From NCBI RefSeq assembly GCF_009914755.1, contig NC_060929.1: DNA of 64,000 nt. The stretch is one strand, 5' to 3'. This document shows positions 38,357-53,453 of the stretch, piece after piece. Below the pieces are notes generated by a model that saw nothing but the letters and a program-made list of their open reading frames with translations, did not search any database and was not told the DNA's origin. The position numbers and the translations under genes are program-made. Positions within the stretch are counted from its first letter, which is position 1; each line of letters starts with the position of its first letter. Origin of the DNA: the human T2T-CHM13v2.0 reference genome, Homo sapiens.

Positions 38357-38962
38357 ATCATTTCTACTTTTCTATCTTCAACTATACTATTTATATTGTA
38401 TTGTTAAAACAATTCTGAATACCATGAAAGAAAGGATATATGGATAAGCCTTCTTATTGTTCTGTTATCAACAGTCCACTCTCTGTCATTTATTTAATAT
38501 CTGTTTACTACATATATATGTGTGTATACATATGATTACACATATATATTTGTTTCCTGTCCACTTTTTATTATATTTCCATCAAGAATGAATGTTGCTT
38601 TACTTCATTTATATGTGTTCAGAATGTGAATTATAGCAAATATTTTATATACAGCAGAAGGTAAAATAATACTATTTTTGGTGTATAACTTAAACAAAAA
38701 TTTGTGAAGGTGTTCATTATATTTATCTATCCAAAGTTGTAAGGAACGTAAAGAATATTATCTAAAAATTAATTATTTTTTAACAAAAGCATACAGATTT
38801 TTATTAATTTTGAAGCTTAATGGATCTAGATTATTTACTTGTCCTTTATATTTTATGTGTACATAAATTTGCTACATCTACTGAAAATGTATTTGTAAAA
38901 TAAAAAATAGCACCACATGTTGTTGGAGAGTCAATGCCTTGGCCAATAAAGAATGCTTTCCA

Positions 38963-39375
<413 letters not shown>

Positions 39376-41059
39376 TTATTTGTGTTTTCTAAACTGTATT
39401 TTGGGGTTACAATTTGCATGTTACTTCACCTTTTCATTTTAAGTAAAGATAACCATCTCTATAGCTAACTCTCAACTGCATGCACCAATAATATAAAAGA
39501 AAGCAGTTACAGGCAACAATGTTCATTTCAAGAAATTCTATATAGTTTTGTGACACACATCTAAAAGTACAACATTTTATAAACAAACACCAAAACAGAA
39601 CCAATGTCTGTCTTTACCCATTGATATCTCTTCAAATGTCAAGTCGCATTTGAAATATTCATGTAGTAGAGATTACTACATTTATGGCTTCCAGAGATGA
39701 CTGTAAGTTTCATTTCTGCAAAGTAAAGCCTTTCTAATATGTGAGATTATTACATCTCATTAAGATTTATGTTAGTGAGATATTTCTTTTAATTCCATTT
39801 GGCTAGTATATGCAACTTTGTAATGAATATTCTTCATATAAATTGTTGTCTACATTTTGTATTGCAGATTATATCCAAAGAATATATACCTAGAAGTGAA
39901 ATTATATTTTTAAAACTTGAAGCTCCTTTAAACATTCTCGATAAATTTTTCAAAATTTCTCTGGAGAAAAGATGCATTGATTCATACTTCTAACAATATC
40001 TGTAGAAGTATTAAGTTCTCTAAGAATAGTCATTTTTGATCATTAGTAATTATCAATTATTATTGTAGATTTGCTAAAAATTTGTCTCATAATATATTTG
40101 GAAAATTAAAAATTTTAGATGATATCATGACTATTTTTTATATTTACAGAACTTTTGCATATCTAGCTTTATAAATTAGATATTTCTATTTTTCAATTTT
40201 TCTAACAGAGTTTCTCATTTTACTTAACATCCCTTCAGGAGGAACAGAAAATATGCTGGTTTAAATAATTAAAATTATTTTTGCTATAATGGAATTTCAA
40301 TATTTTGAATAAAATAACTTCCTGCCACCTCCCCAATCTAGTCTCTTGCACATTGCATGCTCTGAAAGAGATAACGAAACAAGTCAGCAAAGGCAACCTT
40401 TTATCTGTGCTTTATAGTTTGCAAATTACATATCATATAGCTTAATGCCTTTTGCCAGAAATACTTTCATACTCAGAGAGTTGCTGATGATGTTGATTTT
40501 GCTGCTATTTCTTGAGAGAAACGGCAAAGAAAGCCTTAACCTTAAGTACTTACAATAAGTTTTCTTATTCTTGAACAGACCTCAAACAAGGCACCTTTTT
40601 CTTTAGAGGCGCTTTTACGTTAAGTGATGAATACTTATCTTTTTTAGAAGAGTCCTCTCAAACTGACTTCCTCTCAGCATGAATTTGCTCAATCCTTTGT
40701 TGTTTGTTGGTATTACATAGTAGCCTTAGTTGACTTGATTTAAAACAGTTATCTTATTGTACTCTTATAGGTCCAGGTATGCTAAGAATTGCCCGATTAC
40801 TTTGATACCCAGTTTGGTCTCTAACATTTCCTGAAAAAATAAAATGATTGACTAGTCTATAAATTATCATTAAGTAAAAAATAAAATGAAGATACATAAA
40901 TTAGAACAACTAGGAAGACACATAACGTAACCCTGGTCTTTTCAGTTAAAAATTAAAACATACACTGGTTTTCTATTTGAACACAGCATCTCAACCCAAC
41001 CAGTCCTACATTTAACCACTTAGTGCCATAAAAATTTTCCTCTTACCTGTTGTACAGTC

Positions 41060-41197
41060 TGTAAGCCAAGAATGCCTTTTATGTTTTAAGCCATTTCGGG
41101 GGAAAAAGAAGAATATGTGACATAGAGTGTATATGACCTGTAAAGCCGAGAACCTTTACTAATCTGACCTTTTATGGAAAAAGTTTTCAACCCTCTT
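41060..41197 (+). mobile_element. MER58-like hAT MITE fragment
   Basis: gaatatgtgacatagag...gacctgtaaagcc...tttactaatctgaccttttatggaaaaagttt. Confidence 0.55.
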
Positions 41198-41501
41198 ATA
41201 GAGGTTCTGTGTGGCTTTTAATCTATTCATAATGGAATTGTAACTTCATGATTCAAGTCCCTTTTGCACCATATATGAACCTGTAATAAATAAAATATTA
41301 GCAAAGACATTTAAATAAACTTTCTTAAATTTAAATCATACACTAATATAGTCCTGAAACAATAACAAAACAATCTGAAGAGAGACTGTCTAAGCAAGGC
41401 AGTCAAAGTCTTAGCTTCTGCAGGTTGTAAGGAAACTACCATAAGTGAGCCTTTGGACTACAAGCAGACGAATGGTTTGATATCAAAGAAGAGCACAATG
41501 T

Positions 41502-41799
41502 GGCCAGGAGAAGTGGCTCATGCCTGTAAACCCATCACAGCATTTTGGGAGGTTGAGGTGGGTGGATCACCTGAGGTCAGGAGTTCGACACCAGCCCGGC
41601 CAACATGGTGAAACCCCATCTCTACTAAAAATACAAAAATTAGCCGGGCATGGTGGCAGTTGCCTGTAATCCCAGCTACTCGGAAGGTTGAGGCAGGAGA
41701 ATCGTTTGAACCCCTGAGAAGGGGTTGCAGTGAGCTGAGATCAGGCCATTGCACTCCAGCCTGGGTGACAGGAGCAAAACTCAGTCTCAAAATAAAAAA
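41502..41799 (+). mobile_element. AluS (Sq/Sx-like)
   Basis: Full dimer; flanks share acaatgt. Confidence 0.93.
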
Positions 41800-43684
41800 G
41801 GACAATGTACCCTAGAATGCAGCTCAAAAAATATATCCTCTGTCTACTGCCTACAACTGTGGATGGGTAAATGTCCATAACTAGGTAGATGAGAGAAAAT
41901 GGGCAGAAACTCATTGCAAAGAAGTGGGCTAGGGTGCCATCTTATTCAGTGCCTAAGAGTTAAATAGGAAATATCTTAATAATTTGCTGGGATAAAAAGG
42001 CAGAGCCAAAAATATAATGCCAACTTGTAATTTCATAGTCTTAGATAGAAAAACACTAGACAGAATGAATATAAAGGCAGAGATTAAAAATAAATAAATA
42101 AAAATTCTAATGAAGATGAATACAATGAAAAAATTCAACACATTTTAAAACAATGCATGCTAAAAGAGCACTTAAAAGAACACAAATGATTAAGTCTTAA
42201 TGAAATAAAAATAAAGCATTCTAAAAGACTTTTAAATAAGTCCATTGAAGACCTTCAAACTCATAACACTGTGAATACTGAGAACAATTAAGGATTATGA
42301 ACCAAAAGGAAGAAATGATATGATAAAATCAATTTTAAAAGAAGGAAAACAACTAAAATAATCTGGAATCAAAAATAAATATATAGAAAACTAAGCTTAA
42401 TATACGAGATGCCATCTAATTTGAAAACAGAAGGGAGGTGAATTAATTTATTGAAAGATGGTTTTGAGAAATTATATCATAATGTTGTCCAAAGCAATAA
42501 AGATAAATATTTGAAGAAACTAGTAGTAACAGGCAAAACAGGCATGGAGAAGAAATGACAAAGTCACATGATAGGAAATTGAGATGAATCTATAAATAGA
42601 TGGAATATTTGAAAGAAATGTTTTATGAAATGATGACTGAAAAATATTTCAGAACTGAATAAATATTTGACACCTAACAACTGAAGAAGGCATCAAATAC
42701 AAAATATTGTAAATGCATGAGTTACTGAACCCATAAATTAAAAAAACAAGAAATCTATCAAACAATAAGACTCTCATTGAGTGATACAGATTAAGAGATC
42801 TATTGTAGACATTAGAATATACATCATATGGAAGCTAGTTAAGAAACGTATGCAATTCATGCTTTTGCATATAGTTTGGGCCTATTGCTATAGACCAGCT
42901 AGGACAGGGGTCAAGAAAAGAATCTGGAACTCAGTTGTGAAAAAGCAAGAAAAAAACTGGATAAACTATATCCTATGAAGGTAAGCCATATTCCATATCT
43001 GCCTTTTACTATCTCCAGCCATAATGATGCAGCTGACCATAGGAAAGTCTGGCATTCTTTCCCATGGAACTTCACATACATGAACATTTGACCCAAACCA
43101 TGGGGAGATTCAGGAGCTACTCATGGCCTGGGTGCTGCTCAGGCCAAACAGGTGAACTGGCAGATATGTAACTACACAGAGCCTAGTGCCCTAACATAAC
43201 TTTAATACAAAAAAATTGAAGGAAAAAGAAAAAAGAAAAGAAAAGATTCTTTCCTTACTGCTTTCCAAATCCCATGGAAATTTGTCTTGTAACTAATCTC
43301 ACTTGTTACGACAAAGGTAAGGGGGTTCTGGAAAATGTAGTTCCAGCTTATCTGGGTTGACGTAGTAAAGCTTACTATCTTGTATACATAGAAAGTTAGT
43401 TAAACTGCAGGATGTCAGACATCTTAAGATTTTGCAGAGATATGTGATAAATAATCTAACAATGTATGAATATTATACTGGTAGCAAAGTCATCATTATA
43501 AACAAATGACGTCAGTAGGTAATGGAATTACATCTTCATGATGGTGAAAAATTATTCAACTGAAATCTCATACTCAATAAAGCTATAAGGAGTAAATCAA
43601 TCATAAAATAAAAGTGTTTCTAGGTACTAAAATCCAAAGAGTTTACCACTTATGTACTTTTTCTGAAAGAATGAATCACCACGT

Positions 43685-43968
43685 ATATTTAATGTGCATA
43701 ATTTGATGAATTTGGAAATATGCAAATACTGATTATACCATTACCACAATCAAGGTAATAGACATATCCAACACCTCCAAAACTTTCCTTGTGTCTCACT
43801 GTTTTGTTTTTGTTTATTTGTTTGTTTTTAATGTGTGGTAAGAGTACTTAAAGTGAGACTTATCTTCTAATACATTTTGGAATGTACAATTCAGTGTTGT
43901 TTACTACAGACACTATGTTGTGGAGAAGATCTCTAGAACATCTTCATCTAGCATCACTGAAACTTTAA
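43685..43968 (-). mobile_element. L1MB-type 3' end fragment
   Basis: accacaatcaaggtaatagacatatcc...agatctctagaacatcttcatctagcatcactgaaacttta. Confidence 0.7.
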
Positions 43969-44047
43969 GATGAAAGGAACTTGAAACAGTCCAGAATGGG
44001 GAGTTAGTATAGAAAAAAGCAAATGCAGCTTGGAAATATATAACTGC

Positions 44048-44366
<319 letters not shown>

Positions 44367-44443
44367 TCAGCCTGATAGAGGCAGGAGAGGTACTGACCTA
44401 GGACACAGGCAACATATTAGTTTCGGGTTTGAATTTCTGTTCT

Positions 44444-44446
<3 letters not shown>

Positions 44447-44490
<44 letters not shown>
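44447..44490. repeat. (AT)n microsatellite, about 22 units
   Basis: Direct reading. Confidence 0.95.
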
Positions 44491-44492
<2 letters not shown>

Positions 44493-44964
44493 CACTTATT
44501 AAAAAATAGTACAAGTAGACATATGTTGGAATAGAAGAGTAATTAATAACCTTGCTCTTAATTCACTTTATACGTATGTTTTTATTTATATTATCCAACA
44601 AAATTTAGCCATGTTTGTCTCTTTTAAGCACAATTTTTGCAATAAATATACAAAAGTCAGTAGAAAATTCTCTGTATAATTTGACAAATACAGTTGTTTA
44701 TAAAATTTTCTGGAACATATTTTGATAAGCTGTCTGTTAAATGTGTGAAGGAAGTATTAAAGGAGGACAAGGTAAGGTATAATCAACTATATTCTAATAA
44801 ACAATCTTGCATAGCAATTAAAAATTGCTGTTGGGGGTCAGAGAAGAGCTGATAATAGGAATTGTTGCATTAGAAATGAGGCTTGAAGAATGGTTGTTTT
44901 TATTTCCGATAAAGAGCAATGGAGAAGGTCTGGTAGCTTTGCAGCATGTCATCTGGGAAACTAT

Positions 44965-45914
44965 TGTAAACCCAAACGTATCTGAGAAAAGTCTCAATCA
45001 ATATAGACATTTATTTTTTAAAGACATGCCGGTGACACAGCCTCAGGAGGTCCTGAGAACATGTGCCCAAGTTGGTTGGGTTATAGCTTGATTTTATGCA
45101 TTTTAGGAGGACAGAAGTTATACACAGACATCAATCAATACATGTAAGCTGTACAATGGTTTGGTTCAGGAAGTGGAGGATTGGTGGCAGGGGCTTCCAG
45201 GTAATAGGTGGATTCAAAGATTTTCTGATTGGCAATTGTCGAAAGAGTTAAGTTATTATCTAAAGACCTGGAATCAATAGAAATAAATGTCTGGTTTAAG
45301 ATAAAAAGTTGTGGAGACCAAGGCTCTTGTTATGCAGATGAAGCTTCCATGTAGCAAGTTTCAGAGAAAATAGATGGTAAGTGTTTCCTATCCGACTTAA
45401 AAATGTGCAAGACTCTTGTTAGCCTCTCCTGAATCAGAAAAAGACCTGGAAATAGGAAGGGGATTCTCTACTGAATGTAGATTTCCACCGCAAGAGACAG
45501 CGTTGCAGGGGCATTTAAAAATACATCAAAGAAGTTAGTTTCAGGATAAAATAGTTCAATTTATTTCAGAGTCTGAGATCTGTCATTTTGTGACATATTT
45601 TATTGCTATTATGTTGGTGCAAAAGTAATTGCGGTTTTTGCAATCATTTTCAGTGGCAAAAACCGAAATTACTTTTGCACCAACCTATTGCCCTAAGAGT
45701 CAGTTTGGTCAGTCTTAGAATCTCTGTTTTAATGTTGATGACTGTCATATTTGCCTGAATTCCAAAGGAAGGACAGTATAATGAGACATGTTCAACCCCC
45801 ACTTCCTATCATGGCCTGAACTAGTGTTTCAGCTTTAGTTTGGAATGCCCTTGGCCTGGGGGCCGGGGGTCCAATCAATCAGTTGGGGTCTTAGAATTTT
45901 ATTTTTGGTTTACA
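44965..45914 (-). mobile_element. ERV1 MER4-family solo LTR
   Basis: tgtaaacc...gtgacacagcctcaggaggtcctgagaacatgtgccc...tttggtttaca; 4-bp TSD ctat. Confidence 0.88.
45609..45688. mobile_element. MADE1 (Hsmar1-derived MITE) inside MER4
   Basis: 80 bp after TA; TIRs gttggtgcaaaagtaattgcggtttttgc / gcaaaaaccgaaattacttttgcaccaac. Confidence 0.95.
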
Positions 45915-46517
45915 CTATATTTAATAGAATTCCTTTCTTTGCCTCTTTTAGGCTAGCCAACAATACAAAACAATTTCTGTAATCTCTTGGTAGGGTATGT
46001 ATTTTTCTCTGCTGTGAAGGACCTGGTTTCTCCAGGACATCCACACCACCCAGGTATAGCCCACGTGTAGGCAAGAGTCCATCCTTATGGGTTCTGGCTC
46101 ATGCTGATGGGTCCCAGCTTCACTTTGTTGTCTCCTTTACATCTTATCTCTGCTTACTAACAGCCTCTCCTGTGGACTCTGTCAAAGCAAAAATTACACT
46201 GGACAGATAAACAGGAAAGGAAGACTTCATTCAAGGCAACAACTGGAGGAAACAGGAGATTGTGGGCCATCTGTGCTTGTTAACAGGCTTTATCCAATGG
46301 AAAAGTAAACTTTCTTCTCTTTTCAGTACAGGAGGTAATATTACAACCTGGGACAAGGCACAGAGCAAAGGTAGGTTTCTACCCTCCCACAGAACCTGGG
46401 CGACAGGGGCACTATTTTCCTTGATAATTAACTTTCAAAGAGATGGTTCACAGATTCCTGTGAAAGACCTCACTGGTTTGTAAGTCTAGAAAGAGGCTCT
46501 TTAACAATTTACACTTT

Positions 46518-46826
46518 GGCTAGGCATGGTGGCTCATGCCCGTAATCCTAGCACTTTGGGAGGCCGAGGTAGGCAGATCACCTGAGGTCAGGAGTTTGAG
46601 ATCAGCCTGGCCAACACGGTGAAACTGTGTCTCTACTAAAAATACAAAAATTAGCCTGGCGTGGTGGCAGGCACCTGCAATCCCAGCTATTCAGGAGGCC
46701 GAGGCAGGCAATTGCTTGAACCCGGGAGGCGGAGGTTGCAGTGACCTGAGATCGCACCATTGCACTGCAGCCTGGGTGACAGAGGGAGACTCAGTCTCAA
46801 AAAAAAAAAAAAAAAAAAAAAAAAAA
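46518..46826 (+). mobile_element. AluS (Sx/Sq-like)
   Basis: Full dimer, 29-nt A tail; TSD acaa[t/a]ttacacttt. Confidence 0.95.
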
Positions 46827-46914
46827 ACAAATTACACTTTAAGAGGCAGAGAAAGTATTCAGGACTACAATTTTGCTAAAGTAAATGTTCAAAAAAGGGG
46901 GGACAGGGTATTGT

Positions 46915-47076
46915 TACTACGAATAAATAAAAAGGAAATGGTAACTGAGGTGATGGATGTGTTAATTGATTATGGTAATTATCTCACAATGTTTCCTATA
47001 TCCAAACATTTAGTACTTCTTAAATATACTTAATTCGTATTTGTCAATTATACCTCAATAAAGGGGGAAAAAGAAA
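46915..47076 (+). mobile_element. L1MA/MB 3' terminal fragment
   Basis: gaggtgatggatgtgttaatt...tttgtcaattatacctcaataaag. Confidence 0.75.
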
Positions 47077-48657
47077 GTTTGGGGCCTAGAGTCAGTAAGA
47101 AGCCTGTCTAAAGATTAGTCAAACTGAAGAAAACATTAAAACCCTCTTGGTCAACTTCATGGGGCAGAATCAGAGGCAAAGACACCAGTCATAGAGTGAC
47201 TACTTATCAAGCCTAAACAATCCCCACAACTGTGAACCTTGAATCCCTGTAGAAAATCCAGATACGCATGTGTCTATTTCCTAGTGATTGTGTTTATCTA
47301 ATGGAACCCTAACTGAAAAAAAAAGATATCAGTGTAAGTGTAAATTATATGAAATGACATAGGTAGATAAGCACACGATACGTTGTATGAATATATAAAG
47401 AAGCATTTCAGTTGGAACTTCTACCTGCTTGTTACCTCTAAAACAGAAATGAAGTGTTGTTGTGGAAGATAGAGTGATATTGAATGCTTGAGTTTGTGTT
47501 TGAGGCAGCTGATTTAAATAGGGTATCACGCTTCTCCAAGCAGGGTCTAACTTCCAGGCATACGTCCAGTAAATCAGGTCATAAGATAAAGTACTAGGGT
47601 ACGAAAAGGCACAATCAATGGACAGGGATTCTTGAAGTGAGCGGGAATAAAAACACATTACTGAGCCTAACGTGGTAGAAAAAGTTGCAGAGAATTTGAA
47701 AGAAGCTCAAGGAAGGTAAGGAGTCTAGCAAAAAAAGAAAAAAAAGAAAAAGGCTCACCTTTAAAGACAACTATACTGATGGCTAAAGAAAGTGAACAGA
47801 AGTGTAAAACACAGTTTTTCACAAAAATTTCAAACCACACATATTATCAAAAAAATCTGTCTTATTCTGGGTTTTAGTGTTAGTAATGAAATTAAATCTT
47901 CTTATTAATTCATATTAATAAAAGTGTTCAGCAGCCACTGCTTTGCACTATTTGTTAAATTATTTAAAAATAGTTTAGAAAATTGAGGTTCTGTTTATTC
48001 AGATCCTTTTATGCTAACCTTTTGTACAAATACTGGGGAAACTGATAAACAAAACAATTGAGTGGAATTTTGGAGAGCAAAAATTGCCATGGAGAGGTTT
48101 TCATTGTTCCAAGTTGTGTGTTGTGGGGGCCTAGACTTTAGTGTATCCAGAAATTCTTTTGATCTCAGAGTTAGCAAACACTTGGGGTGGTTCAGCTTTT
48201 AAGAAATTATTTTAAAATCAGGTTTATTGATGTATAACTTATATACAGTAAAATTCATTTTTAAATCGAGAGTTTCTTGAACCCTTTAAAATCTGCAATT
48301 TCCTAGGTGCAAATTTAATCAAGATGTATAATATTTCCATCACCCTAATAGTCCTCTCATATCCCTTTATAGTTAATTCTTTTCTCCAGCTCTCAGTCTC
48401 TAGAAACCATTGATCTGCCTTCTGTTTCTATACATTTCTCCTTGTTTGCTTTGCTACATCATTTAAAAAAATTAAGATGTTATTTACATAAAATAAAACT
48501 TACTTTTTTAAGTGTACAATTAGATGAATCTGGGTTTAGTTTTTTTATGTCTGTGGACTGTGATTGAGGTTTTAAGCCACACATAGGCTATTTTGACTTT
48601 GAAGGGCTGCAGTTAATGGTGGCTCTGTCCATAAAATAATAACTTTTTCTTCAGCAA

Positions 48658-49018
48658 TATCTTAGTTCATTTGGACTGCCATAACACAATACCTTAAACT
48701 GCCAACTTATAAACAACAGAAATTTATTGTTCACAGTTTTGGAGGCTAAGAAGTCCAAGATCAAGGCACCAGTGGATTTGGTGTCTACTATGGGCTGCTC
48801 TCTGCTTCAGAGATGGCCTGCCTTTTCATGTTGTCTTCTCACGTGGTAGAAAAAAAAGGATAGGTTCTTTCAAGTTCTTTTATAAAGGCACTAATCCCAC
48901 TCATGAGGGCTCTGCCCTCATGACTTAATCACCTCCCAAAAGCCTCAACTCTCAATAAAACCACAATGGGAATTAGGCTTCAAAATGAATTTTAGAAAAA
49001 TACATTCAAAGTATAGCA
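48658..49018 (-). mobile_element. MaLR solo LTR (MLT1A0-like)
   Basis: ataaacaacagaaatttattg...gaagtccaagatcaaggcacc...ctgccctcatgacttaatcacctcccaaa...tatagca. Confidence 0.85.
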
Positions 49019-52000
49019 AGAGGGTAAGGATCTAAGACAAGACATAGGCAGCCTGGACCTCTGCAAAGGCCACAAGAGAGCACATAAGCAGCAACACAAG
49101 AACATAAGCAACCTCAACTGACAGTAGCAAGCCGTTGAGATTATAATTGTCAGGCTAATTTATGGAAGGAATTAGATCTCAGGGTCCATATTGGTGGCCT
49201 CACTCATTTCTGGTTCGTAATAGATATGGTCAAGCAAAGTCATGGATCTGGAGAAGTTGCTGGGTTTTTTGGTTTTGTGTTGTTTTCTTTTGTTTGGTTT
49301 TTTATAGTTGTGACCAGCTTCAAAATGTAGGTTGCTGCAGCTCAGCAAGAAAGCATAACTTTTCTGAAGCATGCATGTCATAGACAGGCTTGTAACTCTA
49401 AAGGAAAGAGAGCCTTATGTGCATTAGAAGCGGGGTCAGGAGACTGAAAAATATTAACTGCTTTTCAAGTGCAAGTTGGCAGAATTCTGCATGTAATCAT
49501 GTATGTTGCTGAAGTTCCAGCTGTTAATCTTAGTGTTAGGCTAGCTAAGAAGATCTAGTCATGAGCTGTGTTCCCCATTCAGGGACTCTCCATGCAGGAA
49601 AATAAAGGCACTGACTGACCTTGAGTCCTCTGGTGGTTTCGACATGTGCTGAAATGTCATCTCTCATGGTCTGAAGGTAACTGTTGAATGGTTAGCTGTA
49701 AATGGCAGAGGGGATTTTCCCAGGAGACAGGTTTCTTAGTCCTGAAGAATTTGGTTGCTGCACAGGACTAAATCCTACTCAAAAATAGAAGGGATGATAT
49801 GTCACTTTATAGAATTCACAATCAGTTCAGCACTGGCATGTTAAAAATAGGGCTGAAAGAGGAATGGCAATTATTAAGGATAGATGAAATGATTTCCAGA
49901 GGTAGTGTGTATGTACGTATCATACAAATGTTAATTTTTTCCTAGGAATTTCTCCTAACTGAATTTAAAATCCACAGAACGTGAATATAAGACAATGTGT
50001 TTCCATAGACTTCTAACTTCATAAACCAAAACCAAGATTTTCTTGTTTTTCCCTTATCCCCTGAGATTCAGGTTATTTTATTCTGAAGCCTAAGGCAATA
50101 TAAAGTGCTACCTTCTGGCAACATAATTATGACTGTGATCATTGGATTAGGTACTATACATTCAGTGGCTTGCTAGATGTGAAGGGTAGTAATGCTCATT
50201 TTGTGACCGACTGATTTTTTTGGTGCATTAAAAGTGAGGTACATCAGAAACTGACATAGAAAGAAAATACTTTCTGAGGCCCTGAAGGAAATATTCATAA
50301 TTCTGTGAAAGCCCCATGCACTGATGTTGAAGAAGCCAAATTTTGTCCATGTATTGGAGAACTCCTAGACCTGAAATCCAGCAAAACATGAAGGTGGGAA
50401 GGATGGATTGTAGATTTTCCCTTTTTTGGAATGGTGACTCACATGTGCAAAAGAAATTAATTTTGGACTTTTATCTGTTTTGGGATTTAACTTTAAAAAG
50501 GATTTAACATTTAGAATTTAATTTCTTCGTGGCATGTGATATTAGGGCAGGATATATACTTAAATAAAGCATGTTGACTTACTGGCATTTTTATCATTTG
50601 GATTAGCTGTTTCTTACTCATTGGATCATATGGTTTTTAGAGTATCATGCTGTTTTTATTACCATAGAACCTTTGCTGTGCCTTCTTGGAAAATACGGCT
50701 GGAGGTAGTCTGGAAAGAAAAGTAAATAGCAAGTGAATTTTCAGCTTTGGAAAGACAGTGGTTTGGAATTCCTTTGATCACTGTACTGTTCTTGCAGGTT
50801 TCACAGACTTTTAGGTACAGATACCTATGCTTTTCCACATTGTCCCACGAAGGTGTACAGAAGTACAGTGGCTGAGTGTAGGACAAAGATTCTCACAAAT
50901 ATCGACCCAGATCTACCCTGCTACTGGTAAACTCCATTCCTAAGCAGATTAACCACAGGCCTATTCAACGATAAGGTTAATTCAGAAGCTCAGTGGTCTA
51001 AGTGAATTAGGAGCGGGGAATGCTAATTGATCAACATCTTTTCTCTACTCCCCGTTTCATAAGGAGGAGTGCTGTTTTCTAAATACACAACTCTCCTCTC
51101 TCAGACAATGTATTCACTCCAAATAGAGGGAGTAGGAGTGATAGTGATTGACATCTTTGAGAATACCACACTCAGCTCCTTTTCCCACTCCTTTTGATAT
51201 AGGGAGAAAGAAGTTGGGATAATTCTGACTTGAGAGAAAGCATTTTCCCATTACTCATTCACTAAGCACATTCTTTGCTGTGTAGAGTGCCCCATTTTGG
51301 AGGTGAATATTATAAAATGAACTTGCCCACATATAAAAGTCGTAAACACCATCTTAGAGATAATTGGTGACTCTTGTGAAATATACTTTATTTCTTAGTC
51401 CTTTGTTCTATTTTCACAAGAAGGAAGACAGCACTATTTACTGAGCCCTTTTGTAGAGCTGAACAAGAATCAGTCTGCTCTAACTTGTAACATAAATATT
51501 ACTCCCATCTTTATGGAAAAAAAATTACAAGGGGGAGGAAGAAAACCATGACAGTGAGAAAATAAATGTATGACATTTTAAAACTTTACCTCAAGAAAGA
51601 AATATCTTTGCCTAAAATAGGTATTTTTATACTAGAATACTGAAACTTATTTGCAATGAGATATTAAAGAAAGCCATTTTCCATTTCTCAGTTTTGCTAA
51701 ATGCTATGAGCAATAAGCAAGAAAAAATACTAAACACTTTGAAAATGGGAAGTATTATACATGCCTGATTTTAATAAAGCCTAAAAATGGATTCCCAAGG
51801 AAAAGCTTCTATAAAGTTAAGGAAAGTACTTACAAAGATAAATAGGATACTTTAGGACAACCAGAGAATAAGGTATAATTGGAAAGACTATAAAACGTCA
51901 ACATAATGAATCGCTCTGACATTAGATGTTCTGTGAACAACTATACTTTTTTATGCATGTTGTGGGTTGCTAAATGAAAAAAAGGCCAACGCTGAACAAA

Positions 52001-53453
52001 TGAAAAGGCAAAATGAAGAAACAAGGGCCTAGAGAATTAAACAAATGAGTAAGAAACCAAACAGCTTTGGAGTCAAATGAACAAACAAATGAAAACTACT
52101 GAATAACTTGTAAACTCGTCAATGTTAATGAGCTCTTTAGGAAGAGCATAAAACCATTTCTATGAGATTCAAACATTTAGTCTGCACATGTCTGATTCAA
52201 AGTTTAAAAAATGTACATAAGCAAAAAATTTTCAGAGCATTTAAGGATGCAAAGAAAAAGTGTATGGAGTCAATAAGATTAAGATTAGAAAAAACAAATC
52301 AGAAGTAAATTAATTCAATAATTAATTTTGGGTTTTATATCCCTTACATGCAAAAAAGAATAAGAATATAAAAAATAAAATTTGAATTTAAGTAATGACC
52401 AATCATTTTAGAACATGATTCAAATTCATAAGGTTTGTATTCATTCTTAATGCCAAAATTAATTCACTCCTAGAAATTGTGTGTAGGAATTTAATTTGAA
52501 TGTAACAAAAATTTGTAAGCAATACTTCCACCACACTACTAAAAAACAAAAATGAAACTTTAGAAATCAACATGAATGTACAATTGAGAAAAAAGTTACA
52601 AATTTTAAACTCAGATATGAATTAGTGAAATAGTAAATACAGTTTTGTTAATATTTTGCCCATCTTTACAAACCAAATCTAGGAAAAAAAAAGTTTTTAG
52701 ATTGAAATATGATTATATGGATTCATGGTTAGTAATATGGTATCAAATTTCTAAGAAAATAAGATAACAACACATGAATGTTGGGTAGATACCTTACTTC
52801 TCCCTGACCCAGTTTGAAGATTTCTATTTTTATGCTTTAAAGAGAAAAATAAAATTTTACCTTATCCAATTTAGTATTTAAGGAATCTATCCACACCTAT
52901 TAATATAATACCACCATAGAAAGAGCATGTTTATGATGTACCAATAAAAATTTGAGGACTTCTTAGGCTATACATTATATGATGTGAAAATTTGATATAT
53001 AGGAAAAAACTTAATTTGCTGTCCCAAATTAATCACAGTCAATTTTTAGAGGAATTCATAGTTAAGTACTATTTTTTTCTACTTCAGTTTTCATTAGGTA
53101 TTCACGGTCACTTTTATTCTTATGAGATAACATAGATGGCTGCTTTCATTTTTAATGGGAGGCCTAGGCATAACACTAGGATAGTCACAAAGTCTCAGGG
53201 TTAAGCATGATATTAACACATCATTTGCTAAATCCTACCCTGTTCTAGTATAATGCGGAAAAGCCTTCCAATATCAATTATTCAAGGAGACCTATAGGAT
53301 TCAACAACTTCTCAAAGTATTATGTACCATTCTGTTTTTCAAAATTTTGGGTAACCATTTCAAGAAAAAAACAAAAATTGTGAAAATATTGCACTTAGAA
53401 CCGGTACTTATCCAGTGCAGAATTAGTCATTTATTTCACAAACATAGAATAAT

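Larger units (their letters stand above)
46180..47153 (-). mobile_element. ERV1 LTR (MER67-like) carrying an Alu and an L1 3' fragment
   Basis: TG...CA termini, TSD actc/actt; reverse strand begins tgaccaagag...tttgactaatctttagacaggcttc. Confidence 0.65.
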
